From Thermoanaerobaculia bacterium (lineage in GTDB: Bacteria; Acidobacteriota; Thermoanaerobaculia; Multivoradales; UBA5704), in the NCBI GenBank assembly GCA_035278895.1, contig DATEIO010000954.1, positions 104 to 64,103 on the forward strand: a stretch of DNA of 64,000 nucleotides. Reading direction: 5' to 3'. Below are positions 47,801 through 50,663 of the stretch, piece by piece. Made by a program: the position numbers and the translations under genes. The notes beneath the pieces are model-generated. The model saw only the letters and a list, made by a program, of their open reading frames with translations. It made no database searches and had not been told where the DNA came from. Numbering within the stretch: the first letter of the stretch is position 1; each line of letters opens with the position of its first letter.

Positions 47801-48913
47801 CTGGCCGATGGCCTGCCCCAGGTCTCTGAAACCGCCGGCGCGGTGCTCCCGCGCGACCCCATGGAGCTCGATCTGTGCCGGATCGCCGCCGAGGTCCTGG
47901 GCGTGCCGCGGGTCGGCGTGCGGGATGACTTCTTCGCCCTGGGCGGGCACTCGCTCCTGGCGGTCCGGTTCCTCGCCCGCCTGCGCAGGCAGTTCGGTGT
48001 GGACCTCCCGCTGTCCTGCCTGTTCGAGAGCCCGACTATGGAGCACCTGGCCACCGTCCTGCGGCGTCGCGGTCCGGCGCGCCCGGCCTCGGCCCTGGTG
48101 AAGATCGAGGGGCGGGGGAGCGAGCGCCCGATCTTCTGCGTCCATCCGATCGGCGGCCAGGTCCTCTGCTATGCGGAGCTGGCGCGGAGCCTTGGCCCCG
48201 GCCAGCCCTTCTACGGCCTCCAGGTCGCCGCGCCGTCTCAGGGCTCGATGGCCGAGCGGGCGGCGGAGTACCTGCGGGAGGTCCGGAATGTCCAGCCCAC
48301 CGGCCCGGTCCGCCTCGCGGGCTGGTCCATGGGCGGCGTCCTGGCCTTCGAGATGGCGCGGCAGCTCTGCGAACGGGGCGACGAGGTGGAGGCTCTCTTC
48401 CTCCTCGACACCACGGCTCCGGGCCATGCGAGCTATCCCCGGGCCGAGCCCGAGAGCGCGCTGCTCCTGGAGTTCGCTCGCGATTTCGCCGCGATCGGCG
48501 GTCTCAACGGCCAGGCCAGGCCGGCTCTGGGAGAGATCGCCCGGGCCGAGCCGGAGGAGGCCGTCCAGCGGCTGCTCCGCCTGGCCCGCGAGCACGACCT
48601 GCTCCCCGCGGACCTGGAGGAGGAAGACGTCCGGCGCTGGTTCGAGGTGTTCCGGAGCAACCACCGCGCGATGGTGTCGTACCGCCCCGCGGCCTACCCG
48701 GGCCCCGTCGTCCTCCTGCGCGCGGCCGAAGGCATCCGGCCGGGCCGTGAGGGGGACCTGGGGTGGAACCGGCTGGCTCTCGACGGCGCCGAGGTCCGCA
48801 CCGTCCCAGGAAACCACTACAGCCTGCTGCGGGAGCCCCATGTGGGCGAGCTCGCCCGCGAGATGGCAGAGATTCTCGGCCTCGCAAAGAAAGAGAGGAG
48901 GTCCCGTCCATGA
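19505..48913 (+). CDS. Giant non-ribosomal peptide synthetase (9,802 aa): C*-A-T-(C-A-T)x8-TE
   Basis: GGAGG lies at 19494-19498, 6 nt before ATG 19505 (MEQLQSSLEGFWLSPQQKRVW). The track start 19220 would overlap the upstream gene. There are nine SGSTG A cores, at ~21345, 24535, 27720, 30885, 34050, 37210, 40390, 43585 and 46775. By-eye Stachelhaus codes: A1 DAKDLGVVDK (Glu), A2 DVWHMSLVDK (Ser), A3 DAKDLGVVDK (Glu), A4 and A5 DAQDLGVVDK (Gln), A6 DAFFLGVTFK (branched aliphatic), A7 DVWHMSLVDK (Ser), A8 DVWHLSLVEK (Ser), A9 DAWQFGLIDK (Gln). Each module has a GGHS carrier motif. All eight internal C domains are LCL-type (LPLSFAQQRLWF...; HHIxxDxWS). TE has GWSMGG ~48320. Stop TGA 48911-48913. 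Confidence 0.95.
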   Translation: MEQLQSSLEGFWLSPQQKRVWLLSRSGPALVEQGVVLVEGSLDPRRLEAALARVLERHEILRTTFKAVSGMAFPLQVVEDGADLALRTMDWSAGGPGIAEDEAFDAILREERETGFDFEEGPVARFCRITLGGQRHALVITLPSVCGDAASLENLVGEIGREYLAESGVPSLQEQEEPVQYIQFSEWQNEILSDTSEEGEPGRRHWRSRQEISGPAPSLPLEGEAEVAQGVSRTLRLSPGPDLGAGLAAWAAARGVTESAVLLAAWWGTLCRLTDREELRISVQCHGRAYEEMLGAIGLYERWPAIGRGLRSSFLFSEVVDSFSRELAEALEWQELYGPEALDGSTAGGGGFGFEYTTRRGEPFQAGPVRFSLARLDGCTERFKLRLSAARGPRGLGLDLCFDPGLYEDTAALRLAESFFALLAAGLAAPDTPVQELEVLGGTELGLLALWNRTSCPRPAEERLHELFAEQARRTPKALAVLAGDARLTFAELDQRANRIAWLLAGLGIGPDDRVALCLERSADAIAALLGILKAGGAYVPVDPLQPGDRLAAMLSDAGARVVLSQSRLSSRVPPGSWRTVLLDEESELLEQQPGTAPEVSVTAEHLAYVIYTSGSTGRPKGTLIRHRSVANLIVALDRAIYGRLGEGPWRVSVNAPLYFDASVKQWVRLLRGDTLAIVAEELRTDAPALLDWLRREQVDVLDCTPSLLRLLLGAGLPAADGRPQALLIGGEAIDAALWEALAADPHRRSFNVYGPTECTVDAAIDEIAAGRTPALGRAIANVELYVLGSALHRQPLGSPGELCVGGEGLARGYLGRPDLTAEKFVPDPYGGRPGGRLYRTGDRARFLPDGRIEFLGRLDHQIKLRGFRIELGEIEAALASHPEVSEAVALLREDQPGQPRLVAYAVGRNRDCSPAPEELREHLRGLLPDYMVPAACVALREMPLTRNGKVDRRALPAPEEVATEARERLTPRTPIEEILVGIFADVLGIQPPGADESFFELGGHSLLATQLIARVRESFRIDLPLRVLFEDPTAAALGPRIEAALAAGGALEAPPLQAMPREGDLPLSFAQQRLWFLWQLEPDSPAYNNPKALRIRGPLEVAAVAQTLREIVRRHEVLRTTFPALEGEPVQRIEPAAFLSLPRIDLSSLPEEEREAVAHHLFRADARRPFDLACEIPVRAQLLCLDADDHVLLLTFHHIACDAWSLAVLEREVTRLYESFAAGRPSPLSELPVQYVDFARWQRDWLRGEALERQLAHWRGRLEGALPVLALPLDRPRPAVSSSRGRRQTLAIPAPLSRALAELSQRRASTLFMTLLAGFQALLARLSGQEDVSVGTPIAGRRHVETEGLIGFFVNTLVLRGRMEGNPAFEDLLGQARETALQAYAHQDLPFERLVDELAPQRDMAHSPLFQALLVLQNVGRDGVQVAGLDLSSFGAGPLVSKFDLTLSLTEGAEGLQGGLEYRSELFDPATIARLGQHLITLLEGAVAEPKTRFADLPLLTAAERHHLLAEWNDAAADIPEVALHSLIEAQVERAPDAVAVTFAGESLTYRELDQQATALACRLRAQGVGPEDRVGLCAERSLELVAGLLGILKAGGAYVPLDPGYPDARLSQVAEDARFPVLLTQEPMRERLAALAGPEISLMDLAAGPAADAAATPAWTDSGAGPGHAAYVIFTSGSTGRPKGAINTHRGIVNRLLWMQSTYGLTAGDCVLQKTPFSFDVSVWEFFWPLLTGARLVLAQPGGHQDPAYLARTIADEGVTCLHFVPSMLRAFLDEPDLSGCSELRMVMASGEALPLDLARQFHERLGRPFGTRLHNLYGPTEAAVDVTFHGCRSGEERVPIGRPVANTHIHLRDAAGGLAPVGAAGELHIGGVQVGRGYLGRPDLTADRFVPDPFGAPGSRLYRTGDLARHLPDGELEYLGRIDHQVKVRGFRIELAEIEATLAQHPAVHESVVVAREGANGTVLAAYVVPEAGRSADPAALRDHLRDRLPEFMVPPAWVVLDEFPLLPNGKLDRRALPDPGRIEAPGSGGPAPRTPLEEIVAGIFAEVLGIGLPGPEASFFDLGGHSLLATRVMARVRSTLGVDLPLRTLFEAPAAATLARRIEAAQAAGAVLDIPPIRPAPRKEPLPLSFSQQRLWFLWQLEPASPAYNVPLALRIHGLLDVDVLERALSEVVQRHEALRTAFPSVNGDPVQVVDPAARLELPLADLADLPAGKREELARRAAQAEARGPFDLSRELPVRAKLLRLDAEDHLLLLTFHHIVSDAWSLSVLEREMTALYEAFAAGRPSPLQDLPVQYGDFAVWQRQWLQGETLERQLAFWSDQLAGAPPVLDLPLDRPRPPVAGPQGDSVPFTLPPALCRALSGLCRQRSSTLFMTLLAGFQTLLARVSGQGDVSVGTPIAGRRHVETEGLIGFFVNTLVMRGRLANDPTFEELLGQVRETALQAYAHQDLPFERLVDELAPTRTLAHTPLFQVMLVLQNVERSGALRGGLQLSPFGAGTGVTKFDLRLSLAERGDALSGGLEYRTDLFDRETLVRLAGHLERLLESAVAEPRARLSELALLSSAERHQLLAEWNDAAVEVPQEATLHGLFAAQVERAPEATAVLGAGERWTYRELAERAYRIAWRLRGLGVGAEDRVALCLERSPEAIAALLGVLAAGAAYVPLDPRQPAGRLADLLDDCGASIVLTTSALASRLPSEDRRIVCLDAEREALDRLPATAPAVALPAEGLAYVIYTSGSTGRPKGTLIQHRSVINLVSALDRAVYDRLGRGPWRVSVNAPLLFDASVKQWTRLLRGDALVLVPEELRADGPAFLAWLRSAEVDVLDCTPSQLRLLLEAGLAETDGAPRAALVGGEAIDAALRETLAADSHRRYFDVYGPTECTVDAAIGEIAAGQGPGLGRTIANVELFVLDAALRQLPLGVPGELCIGGAGLARGYLGRPDLTAERFVPDPSARRAGARLYRTGDRARFLPDGRLALLGRLDHQIKLRGFRIEPGEIEAALASHPAVHDAVVLLHEDRPGHPRLVAWAVAEAAPEELREHLRQRLPEPMVPSACVVLDRMPLTRNGKVDRRALPAPAALAAGGEERPQAWTPGEEIVAGIFADVLGIERPGAEASFFDLGGHSLLATRVISRVRTAFGIDLPLRALFEEPAVAGLARRVEEARAANMALEAPPLRPVPREGHLPLSFAQQRLWFLWQLEPDSPAYNIPQALRIRGPLDTEALEHTLSEIVRRHEVLRTTFPALEGEPVQHIAPAAQLQLPLTDLSDLPAAEREAMARRAAGSEARNPFDLAREIPVRARLLRLDAADHVLLLTFHHIASDAWSRTVLQREVSALYGAFAAGLPSPLPELPIQYADFAQWQRQWLQGEVLERELADWRDQLDGAPPLLDLPLDRPRPAVASARGGKVPFSLPAPLSLSLTELSRQLSSTLFMTLLAGFQALLARYSGQADVSVGTPIAGRRQLETEGLIGFFVNTLVLRGRMEDDPSFEDLVTQARETALRAYAHQDLPFDRLVDELAPQRDLAYTPLFQVMLALQNVGRESLGVAGLELSSFGVATEATKLDLMLTLSEGAGGLQGSFQFRADLFDPATIACLAERFTVLLASAVADPRTRLSDLDLLTRTERLQLQAEEGRAPADRQGTLPGLFEAQAERTPDAEAVRCAGESLTYAELDRWANRIAWCLIGLGVQAEARVALCLERSPAMVAALLGVLKAGAAYVPLDSRQPVDRLASMLEDAGAAVVLGDRHTASRLPVGAWRLVELDAASELLERQPATCPPLAVSAEGLAYVIYTSGSTGRPKGVLIEHRAAVNLANALDRRIYGRIGGPAPRRVSANAPLTFDASVQQWTRLLFGDALVIVPEELRADGPALLEWMHRERLDVLDCTPSHLRLLAEAGLMESPGAPGALLVGGEAIDRTLWEAMAADSRRSFFNVYGPTECTVDSTVEEIAARPEPSLGQPVDNVEVRVLDAALRKVPLGLPGELCIAGAGLARGYLGRPDLTAEKFVPDPFGLPGARLYHSGDRVRLFADGRLEFLGRLDHQVKLRGFRIELGEIEAALARHPAVREAVALLREDVPGQPRLVAYAVAAATPEELREHLSRLLPEYMVPSVCVVLEQMPLNRSGKVDRRALPVPPEPAPGAEVQAPSTPLEEIVAGLFADVLGIERPGADASFFSLGGHSLLATRVISRVRGAFGVDLPLRILFEAPTAAGLARRVEEARTAGAAPEAPPIRPVPREGALPLSFAQQRLWFLWQLDPDSPAYNVPQALRIRGALDAEALEQALGEIVRRHEVLRTTFPALDGEPVQRIHPEARLAIPILDLAHLPAEDREIAVEERARAEARMPFDLAREAPVRARLLRLGAEEHVLLLTLHHIVSDAWSQTVLERELTALYQAFRAGLPSPLPELPVQYADFAQWQRQWLQGEALERQLGYWRGQLAGAPPVLDLPLDRPRPAVASPRGGKVAFAPPAVLSRALAELSQRSSSTLFMTLLAGFQAFLARFSGQPDVCVGTPIAGRRHAETENLIGFFVNTLVLRGSMEGDPTFSDLLAGTRETALQAYAHQDLPFERLVDDLAPQRDLAHTPLFQVMLALQNVGRKGARAGGLQLSSVSADAGVAKLDLMLTLAEGNGELQGSFAYRAELFDRTTVERLAGHLITLLESAAADPQTRLSDLALLTPAERLHLLAAGRGAVAGRPEGATLHGLFALQVERSPEAEAVRCGDDRRTYRELDAQANRIAWLLRELGVRAEDRVALCLERSPEALAALLGTLKAGAAYVPLDPRQPGERLAAMLADSGASVVLGSRRVPGLPVGSWHPVLLDAEPETLARQPVTAPPVPLTGESLAYVIYTSGSTGRPKGTLISHGAAINLALALDRAIHGQLADPAPRRVSLNAPLTFDASVQQWTRLLFGDTVSIVSEEMRADGPALLEWMRSERLDVFDCTPSHLRLLVESGLLETPGAPRALLVGGEAIDVSLWRALASDASRRFFNVYGPTECTVDSTVEEIGARPEPSLGVAVDNAACRVLDAALGPVPLGVSGELCIAGAGLARGYLGRPDLTAEKFVPDPFGAPGARLYRSGDRVRRFADGRLEFLGRLDHQVKLRGFRIELGEIEAALARHPAVREAVALLREDVPGQPRLIAYAVAAATPQALRDHLRQSLPEYMVPSACVVLDEMPLNRSGKVDRRALPEPKVEAAGESLQEAAPRTPLEEILAGIFAEVLGRERLDIDTSFFELGGHSLLVTRVISRIASLLRVDLPLRALFENPTARALARQAETALSSSTGLEAPPIRPVPRTGDLPLSFAQQRLWLIDQLEPGSALYNMPSTLRLRGALSATALRNAFDGLVRRHEALRTRFAEVAGVPVQIIDPPSDWSLPQVDLSALPEAVREAEARRLARREAARPFDLVRGPVLRTTLLRLAAEEHILLMNLHHIAGDGWSMDVLSRELAALYRAAALPELPIQYADFAAWQRQWLSGEVLEREIAYWRGRLQEDAELSLPTDRPRPAVSSRRGGRWPFSLPEPVAEKLSVLSRNAGTTLFMTLLAAWKTLLFRSSTNEGDIRVGTPIAGRRQLETEGLIGFFVNTLVLRTELALEQTVRELLERVRETALQAYAHQDLPFEKLVEELQPERHLSRVPLFQAIFSFQTAPAAEPGLQGIRIEGLEIDSGMAKFDLGLFMAERRSALSGTLQYDADLFDSTTAARLATHLERLLTAMVAGPGLRLDELPLLSDAERHQLTGEWNDAAAVYERERCIHELLAEQTARTPEAPAVLFGATKWSYGELERRANRLAHALLRRGVGPEARVGVLLERSAEMVLALVAILKAGGAYVPLDLASPRERLSLLAHEAGLAALVSDRATLDLLDAGLNLPRVLLDEEAAEIDRCPDAPPQAAVAAESLAYVMYTSGSTGVPKGVAITHRAIARLVRGTDYIRLAPGDRVAQASNVAFDAATFEIWGALLNGATLVGVPREVLLSTQELGEQLERDRIDVLFLTTALFHQLALEAPRALSSVRDLLFGGEASDADRVRALLAAGGPRRLLHVYGPTECTTFASWQRVSAVPPGAATVPIGRPVANTGLYVLDRAMRLVPTGVVGELYLGGDGLARGYLDRPDLSADRFVPDPFADRPGERLYRTGDLCRRTGRGEVEILGRLDTQVKIRGFRIEPGEIEAALRAHSAVREAVVLARQEKDSPGRRLVAYVVAAPGADVSAAGLRSFLGETLPAYMVPSAIVRMVALPLTPNGKIDRRALPEPEPEREGFSAPRTPTEELVAAVWADLLQVDRVGLEDDFFALGGHSLVATRLMSRLRQGFGIEMPLRVLFESPTLGGLAREVEERLRAAQACVAPPLLRGERPERLPLSFAQQRLWFLDRLEPGSTAYNIPLAFRLYGLLDRTALEASLAEVVRRHEVLRTVFREVDGEAVQVVEPARSRPLPLVDLSSLPEEARGTELLRLARNEARCPFDLESGPVLRASLVRLGGEEHALLATLHHIAGDGWSLGLLSREIGTLYRDFAAGRPPSLPELPVQYADFAAWQRRWLQGETLKAELALWRNRLQGAPVQIELPTDRPRPAVPSRQGRSVPFALPAGLATAIRDLGRAHTATSFMVLLAAFQTLLSRLSGQDDVSVGTPIAGRTRVETEGLIGFFVNTLVLRVDLSGDPAFAGLLARVREVALDAHLHQDIPFEKLVEELDPQRSLSRAPLFQVMLAYQNLPEPTAEGLPGLQVASLPASPGTEKFDLTLAVRELEDGLSGGLSYACDLFDASTIERLFGHFGQLLEEVVADPRRRLSEIALLTATERHQLLAEWQGVAVAIPEATLHGLIRAQAERTPGAVAVVFEQDALTYAQLDRQAAVLARRLRALGVGPEVRVGLCAERSLELVVGLLGILEAGGAYVPLDPGYPDARLALVAEDARVAVLLTQAPLRERLAGLVGETPVVELALDDEAAAPDWRLEDGAEPDHAAYVIFTSGSTGRPKGAVNSHRGIVNRLLWMQSAYGLTPADRVLQKTPFSFDVSVWEFFWPLLTGARLVVARPGGHQDPAYLVRTIAEAGITHVHFVPSMLRAFLEEPDLSGCSSLRQVMASGEALPADLAELFHARLGVPFGIELHNLYGPTEAAVDVTFHSCRPGEERIPIGRPVDNTRIHIVDTQGGLSPLGAPGELHIGGVQVGRGYLGRPDLTAERFVPDPFGEPGARLYRTGDLARYLPDGEVEYLGRLDHQVKIRGVRIELGEIEAALARHPGVHTAVVMARQGADATFLAAWVVAKPESEAGPMVWREHLQRHLPEAMVPSAWAVLDELPLLPNGKVDRRGLPSPLPIGRAQGASIAPRTPVEEIVAGIFAEVLGVEQPGVEASFFDLGGHSLLATRVVSRIRTSFAIDLPLRALFEEPTVAGLARRVEEALTAGAALEAPPLRPSPRERGPLPLSFAQQRLWFLWQLEPDSPAYNMPQVLRIRGGLDVPALTRAFGEIVRRHEVLRTTFPSLNGEPVQHIDPAARLTLPIVDLTDLPVDEREVSARHMARIEARTPFDLAHELPVRARLLRLGAEEHVLLLTLHHIASDAWSQTVLEREVGALYQAFSAGLPAPLPELPVQYADFARWQREWLQGEVLEGQLAFWRDHLAGAPPVLDLPLDRPRPPVASSRGGSLPLTLPTPVSRALAELCRRRSSTLFMALLAGFQALLARCSGQGDVSVGTPIAGRRHLETEGLIGFFVNTLVLRSRMEDDPAFEDLLGQARETALQAYAHQDLPFERLVDELAPQRDLANTPLFQAMLVLQNVTRQGVRAGGLELSSAGGEPGVAKFDLTLALSEGSEGLRGSFSYRAGLFDATTMERLADRLITLLEGAVANPQARLSDLPLLTSAERQQLLAAAEGAASEIPEATLHGLIETQVERTPGAVAVVFEGESLTYRELDRRATALAHRLRARGVGPEERVGLCAERSLELVIGLLGILKAGGAWVPLDPGYPDARLALVIEDARFSVVLTQKPLEERLEALVGAETCLVDLAAGAAADSIAMEARMDSGSGPDHAAYVLFTSGSTGRPKGAINTHRGIVNRLLWFQRQRPLTAADRVLQKTPFSFDVSVWEFFWPLLTGARLVLARPGGHQDPAYLARTIAEEGITCLHFVPSMLRIFLEEPDLSGCSGLRRVLASGEALPADLAESFAARLGRPFDVELHNLYGPTETAVEVTWHLCQPGEKRIPIGRPVDNVRIQILDPQNRLAPVGVAGELHIGGVQVGRGYLGRPDLTAERFVPDPFGPPGTRLYRTGDLARQLPDGEVEYLGRLDHQVKVRGFRIELAEIEAALAQHPAVRESVVVARERATGTFLAAYVVPESGGEADLAALRDHLKDRLPEYMVPAAWTVLNEFPLLPNGKLDRRALPDPGRVEAQTAGGLAPRTPLEEIVSGIFAKVLGIELPGVETSFFELGGHSLLATRLISRLRRDLGVDLPLRAVFEEPTAARLARQVEERLRTPGSAASPALVRAPRPEYPPLSFAQQRLWFLDCLEPGSPAYNIPLALRVDGPLERAALEGGLTEVIRRHEVLRTVFRAVDGEPFQVIEPARAWSLPLVDLSGLPEAARHSEALRLARTEARRPFDLVRGPVLRTALVRLGAEEHHLLVTLHHIAGDGWSLSLLSREIGTLYRDLAAGRPSSLPELPVQYADFAAWQRRWLQGETLEAELAHWRSRLQGAPALLELPADRPRPAVPSRRGRAISFALPADLTAAIHDLGRAETATPFMVLLAAFQVLLGRFSGQDDVSVGAPIAGRTRLEVEGLVGFFVNTLVLRTDLAGNPTFRDLLARVRETCLDAHLHQDVPFEKLVEELEPQRSLSRAPLFQAMLAYQNLPEPDAEGFPGLRVAALPVSQGAEKFDLTLAVRDREGGLSGSLSYACDLFDASTAEQMLASFCELLSAAVADPAQRVTDLPLLSAGDRERMLAGTAGPVAAWPERRLHELFEESAWRTPEAVAASCEGQALTYGELEARSNRLARYLRTLGVGVETRVGICLDRSLDLLAALLGVLKAGGAWVPLDPSYPQGWLDLVLRDAAAPVVVTTSSLAARLPESLPVRRLLLDTERPALEAESPEPLPLQGCGQSAAYLLYTSGSTGRPKGVVVSHTAIVNHMLWMQEAYPLKPGDRVFQKTPFGFDASIWELFLPLLAGARVVLARPGGHQDPAYLVETLEREQITVLQVVPSLLRMLLETPGLERCAHLRRLFCGGEALPLDLVEDFRSRNGAAVINLYGPTEAAIDATSWAFAPGTRGPVAPLGQPISNVSLLVLNRSGQPVPPGVAGELCIAGTALARGYLGRPDLTALCFVPAPFAAEPGARLYRTGDAVRQRADGTLEFLGRLDRQVKLRGFRIELEEIEAALRRQPEVREAAVVLQENAEGGPRLVACVVPAEGSSPTVEALQRGLQGELPKHMVPAVFSLRDSLPRTPSGKLDRGKLADGLPQVSETAGAVLPRDPMELDLCRIAAEVLGVPRVGVRDDFFALGGHSLLAVRFLARLRRQFGVDLPLSCLFESPTMEHLATVLRRRGPARPASALVKIEGRGSERPIFCVHPIGGQVLCYAELARSLGPGQPFYGLQVAAPSQGSMAERAAEYLREVRNVQPTGPVRLAGWSMGGVLAFEMARQLCERGDEVEALFLLDTTAPGHASYPRAEPESALLLEFARDFAAIGGLNGQARPALGEIARAEPEEAVQRLLRLAREHDLLPADLEEEDVRRWFEVFRSNHRAMVSYRPAAYPGPVVLLRAAEGIRPGREGDLGWNRLALDGAEVRTVPGNHYSLLREPHVGELAREMAEILGLAKKERRSRP
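30420..36760 (+). repeat. Tandem duplicated C-A(Gln)-T modules (period 3175 nt) inside the giant NRPS
   Basis: Modules 4 and 5 share the same specificity code. They also share long near-identical DNA, including a perfectly identical 77-mer at 31466-31542 and 34641-34717 (gcgggagcgggtctggcgcgcggctacctgggccgcccggacctcacggcggagaagttcgttccggatccgttcgg). Confidence 0.85.
48110..48880 (+). other. Type I thioesterase domain terminating the assembly line
   Basis: PIFCVHPIGGQVLCYAELA, GxSxG nucleophile elbow GWSMGG (~48318-48335) and C-terminal VPGNHYSLL (His of the triad). Confidence 0.85.
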
Positions 48914-50568
48914 AGCTGGTTCATATTCTCCTGCGGTACTCGCGCGGTGCGGCGCTCCTGGCCATCGCTGCGGGGTGCCTGTCGGGGCTCGCGGGCACCG
49001 GGCTGCTCGCGGTGCTCAACAGCGCCATCCACCGGTCCGCCCAGGGCACCCCGGGAGATCTGCTGCTGCCGTTCCTCGGGCTTGCCGGGCTCTTCGCGGC
49101 GTCCCGGCTCCTCTCCGGCTACCTCCTCGACCGGGTCAGCCTGAGCACCGTCTTCGGCCTGCGGAGCCAGTTGAGCTGGGACATCCTGGGTACGCCGCTG
49201 AACCGGCTCGAGAGCATCGGCTCCCATCGCCTCACGGCGGTCCTGACCTCAGACATCAGCAGCATCGCAGGGGCGCTCCAGCGATTGTCTCCCCTGTGCA
49301 TCAACTTCGCGATCCTGCTCGGCGGCCTCGCCTACCTGGGGTGGCTCTCCTGGAAGGTTCTGCTGCTGGTGGTGGTCATCCTGCCGTTCGGCGTGGTGAC
49401 CTATCAGCTCCCGAATCTGCGGGCCCGCAGCCGGCAACGGCAGGCGCGCGCGGTGACCGACCAGGTCTTCGAGCACTACCGTGGAGTGACCGAAGGAGCC
49501 AAGGAGCTACAGCTCAACCGGCGGCGGCGCCATGCGTTCATGACCCGGCTCGACGAGGCGGGGCGGCTCTTCCAGAAGCTCCGCATCGAGTCGCTGACCC
49601 TCTTCCGGATCGCCTCGACCTGGGGACAGCTCTTGTTGTTCCTCCTCATCGGCACCCTGGTCTTCTTCCTGGCCCGGACGATCGGGCTGCCGCAGGCCAC
49701 GGTCACCGGGGCGGCTCTGGTGCTGCTCTACATCCTCAATCCTCTGCAATCGCTTCTCGACGCCCTGCCCGACCTCGCTCAGGCCGCCGTGTCCCTGGAA
49801 AACGTCGAGAAGCTCGGCCTCTCGCTCGCGCGGACCCGGGGAGACCACGCCGCCGAGCCCGAGCCCATCCTGCCCGTCGCCGCCCTGGAGCTCCGCGGCG
49901 TCCGCTACAGCCATCCGGGCGAGGAGGAGATCGGGTTCAGCGTGGGGCCCATCGACCTGCGGCTCGAGCCTGGCGAGCTGGTGTTCGTGACCGGAGGCAA
50001 TGGCAGCGGCAAGACCACCCTGGCCAAGCTGATCACCGGCCTCTATACGCCGGTCGAGGGGCAGGTCCGGTTGAACGGCCGGGTGATCACCCCGGAGACT
50101 CTGGAGTGGTGCCGCCAGCACGTCTCCGCCGTCTTTGCCGACTTCTACCTCTTCCGCGAGCTTCTGGGGCTCGGCCAGGGCGCCGCCTTCGCGGGCGTCC
50201 AGGATCTGCTGACCCGTCTCCAGCTTCGCCACAAAGTACGGATCGAAGACGGCTCGTTCACCACCTTGAGCCTGTCGCAAGGGCAGCGCAAACGCCTCGC
50301 CCTGCTCACGACCTGGCTGGAAGACCGCCCCCTGGTGCTGTTCGACGAATGGGCCGCCGATCAGGATCCCGTGTTCCGGGATTTCTTCTACACCCAGGTG
50401 TTGCCGCAGCTCAAAGAACAGGGGAAGACCGTGGTCGTGATCTCTCACGACGACCGCTATTACGGGATCGCCGACCGCGTCCTGAAGCTCGACCAGGGGG
50501 CCCTTCTGAGCGAAGAGAGGGTGAGGGAGCCGAGGATCGCCATAGCCGCCCGGGGAATGGCGGGATGA
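48910..50568 (+). CDS. Cyclic-peptide/siderophore-type ABC exporter (fused TMD-NBD; SyrD/PvdE/YojI-like)
   Basis: ATG 48910 overlaps the NRPS stop (ATGA, 48910-48913). The N-terminal half is hydrophobic (MKLVHILLRYSRGAALLAIAAG...). NBD motifs: Walker A GGNGSGKTT, signature LSQGQRKRL, Walker B LVLFDEWAADQD, H-loop ISHDD. The track's upstream extension (48763) lies inside the NRPS. Confidence 0.9.
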   Translation: MKLVHILLRYSRGAALLAIAAGCLSGLAGTGLLAVLNSAIHRSAQGTPGDLLLPFLGLAGLFAASRLLSGYLLDRVSLSTVFGLRSQLSWDILGTPLNRLESIGSHRLTAVLTSDISSIAGALQRLSPLCINFAILLGGLAYLGWLSWKVLLLVVVILPFGVVTYQLPNLRARSRQRQARAVTDQVFEHYRGVTEGAKELQLNRRRRHAFMTRLDEAGRLFQKLRIESLTLFRIASTWGQLLLFLLIGTLVFFLARTIGLPQATVTGAALVLLYILNPLQSLLDALPDLAQAAVSLENVEKLGLSLARTRGDHAAEPEPILPVAALELRGVRYSHPGEEEIGFSVGPIDLRLEPGELVFVTGGNGSGKTTLAKLITGLYTPVEGQVRLNGRVITPETLEWCRQHVSAVFADFYLFRELLGLGQGAAFAGVQDLLTRLQLRHKVRIEDGSFTTLSLSQGQRKRLALLTTWLEDRPLVLFDEWAADQDPVFRDFFYTQVLPQLKEQGKTVVVISHDDRYYGIADRVLKLDQGALLSEERVREPRIAIAARGMAG

Positions 50569-50647
50569 GTGGGAAGCGGTTTACCCCGGCACGGGAAAGG
50601 AGTTACCCGAAGGCCGGTATTTTCAAGGGGTTGCGGCGCCTCCGGCC

Positions 50648-50663
50648 TGGCACTTGCCTTGCT
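50648..50663 (+). promoter_or_regulatory. Sigma54 (-24/-12) promoter element TGGCAC-N5-TTGCT
   Basis: The sequence TGGCACttgccTTGCT has exact GG-N10-GC spacing. It sits 80 nt after the exporter stop and 114 nt before the ADOP permease ATG, on the same strand. Confidence 0.55.

Noticed and set aside
1419-48841. Very long antisense or alternative-frame ORFs across the NRPS genes, e.g. 1419-6086(-) 1555 aa, 9252-11603(-), 15642-17402(-), 17577-19403(-), 22244-26917(-), 26972-34966(-) 2664 aa, 39347-41332(-), 41993-45652(-), 47405-48841(-), plus many 60-450-aa ORFs in other plus frames.
   Set aside because: Their translations are Arg/Pro/Gly/Ala-rich low-complexity sequence with no recognisable motifs. 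They fully overlap frames that carry unmistakable NRPS motifs. Stop-poor non-coding frames are expected at ~70% GC.
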